From PVC group bacterium (GTDB lineage Bacteria; Auribacterota; Erginobacteria; Erginobacterales; Erginobacteraceae), in contig JAZDIV010000105.1 in assembly GCA_043804695.1 (NCBI GenBank), forward strand, positions 1-12,189: DNA of 12,189 bases. The letters run 5' to 3'. The first letter of the stretch is position 1. Every line of letters begins with the position of its first letter. This document shows positions 1 to 6,014 of this stretch, one piece after another. The notes beneath the pieces were generated by a model that did not search any database, was not told the origin of the DNA, and was given only the letters and a program-made list of their open reading frames with translations. The position numbers and the translations under genes are program-made.

Positions 1-117
1 GAACCTGCCGGATTGTCTGCAGCTGATCAATAAGACAATCCGCACCAACGCCGGCCCGGCAGAGTAATTCAAATAATCTCCAGAATCCCTCAGACCAGCA
101 CCTGTCCTCCCTTTTTA

Positions 118-168
118 ACTTTCTCGCTTTTCCTCCAGAGGCGGACAGGCGCGCGAAAGCGAGAAAGT
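118..168. other. Perfect 13-bp inverted repeat (hairpin) upstream of the LigD-PE-like gene
   Basis: ACTTTCTCGCTTT (118-130) is the exact reverse complement of AAAGCGAGAAAGT (156-168). Loop bases GGACAGG (143-149) also complement CCTGTCC (101-107). Function unknown. Confidence 0.6.
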
Positions 169-236
169 GGAAATGCAAGATAGATGATTATGTGATCATC
201 GAATTGCTCAATCACTGCCAAAAGAAAGATAGACGA

Positions 237-971
237 ATGCAATTTATGATCCAGGAGTACCGTTCCGGTTCCAATAAAGCGCGGTATTATCTTCGGCTGG
301 AGAAGGACGGTGTATTCAAAGGCTGGGCAATACCAAAGGGGCTGCCAATAAAATGGAAGGACCAGCATCTGGCCATTCAAGTTGGTGATTTCAAGCTGGA
401 AGCGGCTGGTTTTGAGGGAAAGGTTGAGGAAAGTAAATTCGGTCCGGGGACGATCGCTATATTTGATCGAGGGGAATACCGGGTTTGTTCCTGGGAAGAC
501 GACAAGATTATTTTTGATCTGTCAGGTTCCCGGGCGAGGGGTTCCTTTGCCCTTAGCCGTTTCCCAAGACCCGGCCCGGGGCATTGGCTGCTGGGGCAGA
601 CGAAACCATGCCCCCAGTCTCCGAGCTTGAAAAAACGGGAGGCATCACCGCTTCCGTCTATTGATCAAGCTCCACCGGTCAAACATCCGTCGAAAATACC
701 CTTTAAAGAAGATCAATCCTCGAAATACCCTCCAAAGTCGGTGTGGCATAAGCCGGCCAAGAGCCGAGCATCAGCTAAAACATCCCAGCCCCGGTCAAGG
801 CCCCAGCCCCGCCGCCGTCGCCATAAAAAGAAGAACACTCTTCCCAGGTGGCTTGACAAGAAGAGACATAATAGAGAAGGACAGATGGCGGGGTGGTTGA
901 TGTTCGCATTTATTGGCATAGGGATCATAGGATTTATCAAGCTTATCCAATATATCATCAGCATCTTATAG
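237..971 (+). CDS. LigD-type 3'-phosphoesterase (PE) domain protein with degenerate active site, Pro/Lys/Arg-rich linker and C-terminal transmembrane helix
   Basis: FMIQEY..ARYYLRLEKDGVFKGWAIPKG..HLAIQVGDFKLEAAGFEG..FGPGTIAIFDRGEY aligns by eye with the LigD PE consensus FVVQKH..LHYDFRLE.DGVLKSWAVPKG..RLAV.VEDHPLEY..FEG..YGAG.V.IWD.GTY. ATG 237 is chosen because homology starts there (the ORF track starts at GTG 192). Hydrophobic tail WLMFAFIGIGIIGFIKLIQYIISIL. Confidence 0.8.
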   Translation: MQFMIQEYRSGSNKARYYLRLEKDGVFKGWAIPKGLPIKWKDQHLAIQVGDFKLEAAGFEGKVEESKFGPGTIAIFDRGEYRVCSWEDDKIIFDLSGSRARGSFALSRFPRPGPGHWLLGQTKPCPQSPSLKKREASPLPSIDQAPPVKHPSKIPFKEDQSSKYPPKSVWHKPAKSRASAKTSQPRSRPQPRRRRHKKKNTLPRWLDKKRHNREGQMAGWLMFAFIGIGIIGFIKLIQYIISIL

Positions 972-980
972 AAATGGACA

Positions 981-1052
981 GATCAGGGTCACACCCCAAA
1001 TAATAAGTTTATGATTTAATTATTCTGGAATTTAAATCTTGTGTATTCAACT
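981..1052 (+). repeat. Long intergenic repeat, copy A (truncated before the hairpin); core site 985-1008
   Basis: GATCAGGGTCACACCCCAAATAATAAGTTTATGATTTAATTATTCTGGAATTTAAATCTTGTGTATTCAAC aligns with the copies at 1724, 2878 and 11021. Confidence 0.9.
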
Positions 1053-1136
1053 TTCTGAACTTTTATAGTAACCTGTGAACAATCATATTGTGCACCCTTT
1101 CAATGGAAAGGCATGTTAATAAAAGGAGGAAGAGGT

Positions 1137-1718
1137 ATGAAGAAAGTTATGGTTATAGCGTTGGTGGTAAGTCTGGCCTTGTTCCTGGGCTTTTCCGCCC
1201 AGGCCCAGCCCAGTGTCGGCCTGGAAGCTCACGGGCTTTACGGTTTCGCGTTCAGCGATGATTACGCCAAGCTTGACAACGGCTGGGGCGGGGGGGGCTC
1301 GCTGGTACTCTGTCTGGGCGAACTGGTCAAATTGGATATCGGCGGTGATTATCTCCATACAAAAGCAAAGCTTGACAACAGCAGTGATGTCGATCTGATT
1401 CCGATTACCGCGACCCTCCGGGTCGGCCCCCAGATCGACCCGGTCTATCTCTACGTCGGCGGTGGCGCCGGATACAGTTTCAACGACCTTGGCTTGATTT
1501 TTGCCGGCCTCGAGCCGTACGTACTAAAAGATTGCTTTACTTACCACGGCTGCGCCGGCTGTGAGGTAAGTTTTACTTCGGAGAAACAGATCGGTCTGCG
1601 AGTGGAAGGACGTTACGTATGGATGAAGCCGGAGATTAGAACAAAGGCGACCGGAGCTACGGAAGACTGGAAGATGGATCACTTCCAGGCCAGAGCCGGC
1701 TTGATCTTCTACTTCTAA
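1137..1718 (+). CDS. Outer-membrane beta-barrel protein (small OmpW/OmpA-membrane-domain-like)
   Basis: AGGAGG/GAGG RBS before ATG 1137. Sec signal MKKVMVIALVVSLALFLGFSAQA. Amphipathic strands (LYVGGGAGYSF, LRVEGRYVW) and a C-terminal beta-signal ending in Phe (ARAGLIFYF). Confidence 0.85.
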   Translation: MKKVMVIALVVSLALFLGFSAQAQPSVGLEAHGLYGFAFSDDYAKLDNGWGGGGSLVLCLGELVKLDIGGDYLHTKAKLDNSSDVDLIPITATLRVGPQIDPVYLYVGGGAGYSFNDLGLIFAGLEPYVLKDCFTYHGCAGCEVSFTSEKQIGLRVEGRYVWMKPEIRTKATGATEDWKMDHFQARAGLIFYF

Positions 1719-1723
1719 AAACG

Positions 1724-1888
1724 GATCAGGACAATACCACAATTAATAAATTCACGAGTTAAATACTCTTGAACTTGAATCTTGTGTATCCAACCTCCCG
1801 GAAGGGAGGTTTTTCTTGTGTGCCTGGCTCTTAACCGATAAACTCCTTATTCGGTTATTGTTCTCATTCTCTATTCTCTTTAATCAAT
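1724..1888 (+). repeat. Long intergenic repeat, copy B (full, ~165 bp); core site 1728-1751
   Basis: Colinear with copies C and G: ATCAGG..ACC.CAA.TAATAA...TCTTGTGTATCCAACCTCCCGGAAGGGAGGTTTTTCTTG...CTCTTAACCGATA...CATTCTCTATTC. Confidence 0.9.
1792..1817 (+). terminator. Intrinsic terminator within repeat B
   Basis: Stem AACCTCCC, loop GGAA, stem GGGAGGTT, followed by TTTCTT. Lies downstream of the beta-barrel gene. Confidence 0.8.
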
Positions 1889-1905
1889 AGTCGAGATTTG
1901 ATATC
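1882..1905 (-). repeat. Degenerate 24-bp site copy (minus orientation)
   Basis: Reverse complement GATATCAAATCTCGACTATTGATT matches the 8702-8725 copy (GGAGTCAAACCTCGACTAATGACT) with identical spacing. Confidence 0.6.
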
Positions 1906-1918
1906 GATGACCACGAAG

Positions 1919-2005
1919 TGTCAAAGGGAAAGATTTGACCCCAAATACACAGATTTGACCCCAAATACAAAGGGAAAGATTTGACCCCAAATACACCAAA
2001 TACAC
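1919..2005 (-). repeat. 24-bp site (1919-1942, minus orientation) followed by tandem partial re-duplications
   Basis: TGTCAAAGGGAAAGATTTGACCCC at 1919-1942. AGATTTGACCCCAAATAC occurs at 1931, 1951 and 1977, CAAAGGGAAAGATTTGACCCC recurs at 1968-1988, and CCAAATACAC recurs at 1996-2005. Confidence 0.92.
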
Positions 2006-2007
2006 GC

Positions 2008-2040
2008 AATACAGACATACAACCGGATATTGAACGATGA
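2008..2040 (+). pseudogene. Probable 3' remnant of an AbiEi-type antitoxin gene
   Basis: Reads NTDIQPDIER-stop with TGA 2038-2040 overlapping the toxin ATG 2037 (ATGA coupling). Resembles the '..N.xIEPD' tails I recall for antitoxins paired with this toxin subfamily. Only ten codons remain. Confidence 0.5.
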
Positions 2041-2826
2041 TCCCGGAAGCATACGTCAGGGAATGGTATGGACTGGCCCCCTGGCAAACCTGGCCGAAAG
2101 CAGGACCCGATCCTCAGCCGTATGCTCGTGGAGCTCTTCCACAACAGCTTTATTGCCGGAAATTTGATTTTCCGCGGCGGGACGGCACTGCACAAACTTT
2201 TCTTTCCCCGGGCGCTCAAATATTCAGAAGACATCGACTTCGTACAAAGTGAGCCCGGTCAAATCGGTCCCATATTCGACGAGATTAGAGGCGTGTTCCA
2301 TGAATGGTTGGGGCATCCCCGGCGGAAGGTCGGACCGGGAGTGGCAACGTTGACTTACAGGGCTGCATCCGAAGATAATCCGCCACTCCCTTTGAGAATA
2401 AAAATTGAGATCAATACACGGGAACATTTTCAGGTGTGGCCCGTTGAGAATAAATCATTTCGTATCCAATCGAGGTGGTTCGAAGGGCTCGTCAGGATTC
2501 CGGTGTATTGTACAGATGAATTGCTGGCCACGAAGATGCGTGCTCTCTATCAGCGCAGAAAAGGCCGAGACCTGTTCGACCTGGCGGCGGCATTGCGGGA
2601 GGTTAACCTGTCCCCGGAACGTATCGTTAATGCGTTCAAAAAATATTCCGAGGCGGAAGGGCAGACGATCACCCGGAAAAGCTATCGGGCTAACCTGCTC
2701 GGCAAGCTTGATCATCCCGGATTCCTTTCCGACTGTATTCCTCTTCTGCGTTCCGGCATCGGATTTGATCCAAAAGAGGATTTCGATCTTGTTGACCGGG
2801 AACTGATAACCCGGCTGCCCGGTTAA
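2037..2826 (+). pseudogene. abiEii: AbiEii/AbiGii-family nucleotidyltransferase toxin (type IV TA), frameshifted near codon 21
   Basis: Family N-terminus MIPEAYVREW...APWQ in the frame from 2037. The body QDPILSR..FRGGTALHKL..YSEDIDF..KIEINTREH..LLATKMRALYQRRKGRDLFDL is in the frame of ORF 2068-2826. The frames switch at TGG CCG AAAG CAG GAC (~2091-2106). Confidence 0.88.
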
Positions 2827-2844
2827 TAAAATTCTGCGTGAGTG

Positions 2845-2868
2845 GGAGTCAAATCTTTCCTCTTAACA
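2845..2868 (+). repeat. 24-bp site copy, inverted partner of 1919-1942
   Basis: GGAGTCAAATCTTTCCTCTTAACA versus the reverse complement of 1919-1942, GGGGTCAAATCTTTCCCTTTGACA. Confidence 0.9.
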
Positions 2869-2877
2869 GTTGAAAAG

Positions 2878-3035
2878 AATCAGGGTCACACCCCAAATAC
2901 TAAGTTCATAATTTAATTGTTCTTGAATTTAGATCTTGTATATTCAACCTTCCGGAAGGGAGGTTTTTTCTTGCGTGCCTGACTCTTAACCAATACAATC
3001 TTTATGTTTTCATTCTCTATTCCCTTCAATCAATT
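2878..3035 (+). repeat. Long intergenic repeat, copy C (full); core site 2882-2905
   Basis: AATCAGGGTCACACCCCAAATACTAAGTTCATAATTTAATTGTTCTTGAATTTAGATCTTGTATATTCAACCTTCCGGAAGGGAGG...CTCTTAACCAATACAATCTTTAT...CATTCTCTATTCCC, colinear with A, B and G. Confidence 0.92.
2946..2972 (+). terminator. Intrinsic terminator within repeat C
   Basis: AACCTTCC-GGAA-GGGAGGTT followed by TTTTCTT. The single C>T change retains pairing as G:U on the + strand. Confidence 0.8.
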
Positions 3036-3338
3036 ATGATAAGTGGGGAATAGTGAATAGGGATTAGGGATTGGATTTTAAAAACCCCAGAGGCCACCTT
3101 TAAAACAGGCGGATACCGCAGTATCTTTTATTTTCCGGCGAAGAAGCTTTTGAACAGGTTAGCGCAGAACGCAGAGTGACACGGGTCAGCTAGTGTACTT
3201 CTTCCCCTGCCACATGAAGTGGCACGGGCCGGTGTCTCTTGAGAAATTGCTGTTAACTATGGAACTTTTCAGGTTTTTTCTTTGCTTGTTTATCCATACA
3301 TAATTGTTGGCGCACGGATCAAAAAAGGAGGCCGACTG

Positions 3339-4859
3339 GTGAAGACTAAAGTGCTCAGCCTGGCAGGCGGATTGCTTTTACTGGCAACTGTTAACCCGGT
3401 TAACGCGGAGATAGCCGCGCCGCCGGGAACGTCGGCGACCGAGCTGGACGCCTCCGGGAATGTCAGGAATTACGTCATTGCGGGCCCGGCGGGCAATTTC
3501 ATCCCGGAAGAGGGCATCCGGTCGGCCCGGTGGGATAACTGTACGTCCACCATCCCCACCCTGATCTCCCCCCCCGACGGGTCGGAACTTACCACCATCG
3601 CCCCTCTGTTCGAGTGGAATCCTCATACCGATTCCTGGGCGATCATGATGATGATGGAGGTGGCCCTGGACGCCGAGTTTTCAGATGTGATTGACAGCCT
3701 AACCACCAACTATCCCGTTTACCGCTTCTCAGATAATTTCGACCCGGCCACGACCTACTACTGGCGCACCTGGATGGTCTGCGAGGAGGGAGACGGCCCC
3801 TACTCGGAGGTCTGGTCTTTTATCACCGGTTCCGGGGGAGTCCTTCCCTCCGCCCCGGACCCGGTCGGGCCGCCCGACGGGGCCACGGTTCCGCTGGGAT
3901 CGACTCCGGTCAGAGTGAATTGGTCGGCGGTCTCCGGGGCGGAGGGCTATCAGGCAATGCGGCATGACAGGGGGGGCGGAACCTACCTTTACTCCAGCAC
4001 GGAGCTGTACGTGGATATGTCCTACCTGGATGAGAATACCACTCACGAGTGGTGGGTCAGGGCCCGGAACGATTACGGTTACGGCTCCGATTCGGCATCG
4101 CGGCGGTTTCGGCAAAACCTGGTTCTGGAGAGCGGGGATTATGACGGGGACGGGAGAGACGACATCGCCATCTTCCGCGATCGAACCGGGCTCTGGGCGG
4201 TCCGGGGCGTGACCAGGATTTACTTCGGAAAGCGTTATGATATCCCGGTGCCGGGGGACTACAACGGCGACGGGACGACGGAACCGGCGATCTTCCGGAG
4301 CGATTCCGGCCTCTGGGCGGCAAGAGGAGTGACCCGTGTTTATTACGGCGCCGCCGCCGATCTTCCGATCCCCGCGGATTACGACGGGGACGGTTCGTGC
4401 GAGGTGGGGATATTCCGGGGAGAGAGCGGGTTGTGGGCGCTGCGCGGGCTTACCCGGTTTAACTTCGGGGTTTACGGGGACACCCCATTCCCCCCCGGGT
4501 ATGACGGCAGCCCCGCGCCCGCGGAAACCGTGATCTTCCGTGCTTCCGCCGGCCTCTGGACGGTGAGGGGCATCACCCAGGTCCACTACGGGGCCGGCGG
4601 GGACTGGGCGGCGCCCGGCGACTATTTCGGCCCGGACTCCGCGCCGGCCATTTTCCGGGGCTCAAGCGGGCTCTGGGCGGTGATGGACCGGACCAGGTTG
4701 TATTTCGGCGCCGGCGGGGACGCGCCGGTGCCGGGTGATTATAACGGGGCTGACGGGGACGACATCGCGATCTTCCGCGATCGAAGGGGTCTTTGGGCGG
4801 TCCGGGGGGTGACCCGGGTCTATTTCGGAAGGTGGTACGACCTGCCGGTGACGAGGTAG
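3339..4859 (+). CDS. Secreted protein: two Ig/fibronectin-III-like modules plus a C-terminal six-repeat FG-GAP/VCBS-like domain
   Basis: AGGAGG RBS (3326-3331) before GTG 3339. Signal peptide KTKVLSLAGGLLLLATVNPVNA. FN3-like motifs PTLISPPDG..PLFEW..TTYYWR..GPYSEVWSF and VNWSAVSGAEGY..WWVRARNDYG. Six (G)DYxGDG..IFR..GLWA.RG.TR.YFG repeats from ~4131, ending DLPVTR. Confidence 0.85.
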   Translation: MKTKVLSLAGGLLLLATVNPVNAEIAAPPGTSATELDASGNVRNYVIAGPAGNFIPEEGIRSARWDNCTSTIPTLISPPDGSELTTIAPLFEWNPHTDSWAIMMMMEVALDAEFSDVIDSLTTNYPVYRFSDNFDPATTYYWRTWMVCEEGDGPYSEVWSFITGSGGVLPSAPDPVGPPDGATVPLGSTPVRVNWSAVSGAEGYQAMRHDRGGGTYLYSSTELYVDMSYLDENTTHEWWVRARNDYGYGSDSASRRFRQNLVLESGDYDGDGRDDIAIFRDRTGLWAVRGVTRIYFGKRYDIPVPGDYNGDGTTEPAIFRSDSGLWAARGVTRVYYGAAADLPIPADYDGDGSCEVGIFRGESGLWALRGLTRFNFGVYGDTPFPPGYDGSPAPAETVIFRASAGLWTVRGITQVHYGAGGDWAAPGDYFGPDSAPAIFRGSSGLWAVMDRTRLYFGAGGDAPVPGDYNGADGDDIAIFRDRRGLWAVRGVTRVYFGRWYDLPVTR

Positions 4860-4897
4860 TTGCGGAGAGGTTATTGAAGAGCGGTAAGCTGGGAAAG

Positions 4898-4925
4898 AAT
4901 CAGGGGCACACCCTGAATACTAACT
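4898..4925 (+). repeat. Short copy of the repeat core site (D1)
   Basis: AATCAGGGGCACACCCTGAATACTAACT versus copy C AATCAGGGTCACACCCCAAATACTAAGT. Confidence 0.85.
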
Positions 4926-4966
4926 AAAGAATTCCTTAAACATCCGATCCCAAGTATCGCCGGTCA

Positions 4967-5000
4967 AATCAGGACCATACCCCAATTAATAAGTTTATAA
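4967..5000 (+). repeat. Short copy of the repeat core site (D2)
   Basis: AATCAGGACCATACCCCAATTAATAAGTTTATAA is intermediate between copies A and B. It overlaps GGTCAAATC (4962-4970), a fragment of the other site variant. Confidence 0.8.
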
Positions 5001-5015
5001 AACCTGGTTCAATTA

Positions 5016-5836
5016 TCAGACACGTGCCTCGACAATGTGCCAACGGGATTCGGGGCTGTCAGGGAAACGGCCCGAAAGGTATCTCAGCATAAGATCGTCT
5101 ATTCTTCTTATTGTTACTTCTGAAAAACCTGATGATTTTAGCTGATCGATAAAAGTTTCCTCGTCATCGGTATTATCAAGGTTGAAGAAGAACCCGCGGC
5201 CAATCGATTTCATCAGTAATTCATTCAGTCGTTTGATCCTGGAGGCTTCCCAGTAATCAAAGATCATGAGGCTGTCGGCGGCAAGCTTCAGGTAACCGGG
5301 ATCAATAAGCCGTCTGGTCATTTCCGGTGGCAAGGAGAAAAGAAGTCCTTCTATCAGTACCAATGACTTTTCAGCGGGATTGTATCCGTTCTTGATCAGT
5401 TCACCCAGGAGATCACCGCTCAGGTCACAGGGGATATGTTTAATCCAGGCAGGAATAGTGACAGCATTTCCTGCCAGCACATCTTTTTTGTGTTTGATCT
5501 GTGCCGGGGTATCAACCTCGAAGACAGAACACCCGCCATCGGAAAGTCCCTTTAGATATATCGGGCGGCAGTCAAACCCGGCACCCAGGATTATCGCCTG
5601 AGACACTTGTGATGATATTTCCTCAAGAAGCGTGGAAGTAAACTTAAAGCCGCAGAGATTGTATGGCTCGTAAAAGGGTCGACCTTTCTTGCCATTTCAA
5701 AAAACTTGATACCGGGATCAGTGATAAAATACCCGGCAAAAGGGTCGTCTATCCCCATCTCCCGTGCCAAAGAGCCGGCCCGGATTACCACACAGCCATC
5801 TGCCGAGACCTCGCCCATCCCTGTTTCTTTATCCAT
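5016..5836 (-). pseudogene. Class I SAM-dependent methyltransferase (LCM/TIGR00027-like), split by a frameshift
   Basis: N-part MDKETGMGEVSADG..VIRA...IDDPFAGYF lies in ORF 5591-5977. C-part QAIILGAGFDCR..VFEVDTP..KK..IPCDL..SLVLIEGLLFSL..FDY lies in ORF 5016-5606, whose frame stays open upstream (YEPYNLCGFKFTSTLLEEISSQVSQ). One extra base in the A4 run at 5672-5675 joins the two parts. Confidence 0.82.
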
Positions 5837-5952
5837 TTTATTATCCAAGCTTTTTAAGCATCTCCTGGCAGGCTTCAATGAACCGGTCGTAATCTTGGCG
5901 CTGGTTCCAGAGGCAAGCATCGATACGCAGGGGGATTTCTGTGGGCGCGGGT

Positions 5953-6008
5953 GAATAAGGGTCTTTCCTCTTGACATTAGAATCTATTAGAACAGACCCT
6001 GATCTTTT
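5953..6008. repeat. Two degenerate, oppositely oriented site copies (E1 + 5953-5976; E2 - 5977-6008)
   Basis: TCTTTCCTCTTGACA (5962-5976) is identical to the 3' part of 10969-10992. Minus-strand AAAAGATCAGGGTC (6008-5995) matches the start of copies A and C. Confidence 0.7.
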
Positions 6009-6014
6009 CTGATC

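Noticed and set aside
2..67. Possible 3' end of an upstream gene (NLPDCLQLINKTIRTNAGPAE*) and a 10-bp inverted repeat at 9-18/33-42
   Set aside because: Too short to assign, and the inverted repeat could be chance.
237..971. Functional NHEJ ligD gene
   Set aside because: There is no ligase or polymerase domain and no ku, and the PE catalytic residues appear substituted, so no gene symbol is assigned.
1919..2005. Mini-CRISPR or iterons
   Set aside because: The repeats are separated by only 2-8 nt derived from the repeat itself, with irregular period, and there is no rep or cas gene.
3205..3240. TGCCAC-N5-GTGGCA dyad and sigma-54-like TGGCACG
   Set aside because: The -12 GC is absent at the required spacing, and a 6-bp dyad alone is insufficient.
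4158..4845. Similar first and sixth FG-GAP-like repeats as a DGR TR/VR pair
   Set aside because: Both lie inside the CDS and differ mostly at synonymous, non-adenine positions.
5837..5977. N-terminal extension of ORF 5591-5977 (MSRGKTL...)
   Set aside because: Its ATG lies within the repeat site; methyltransferase-like sequence begins only around ATG 5836.
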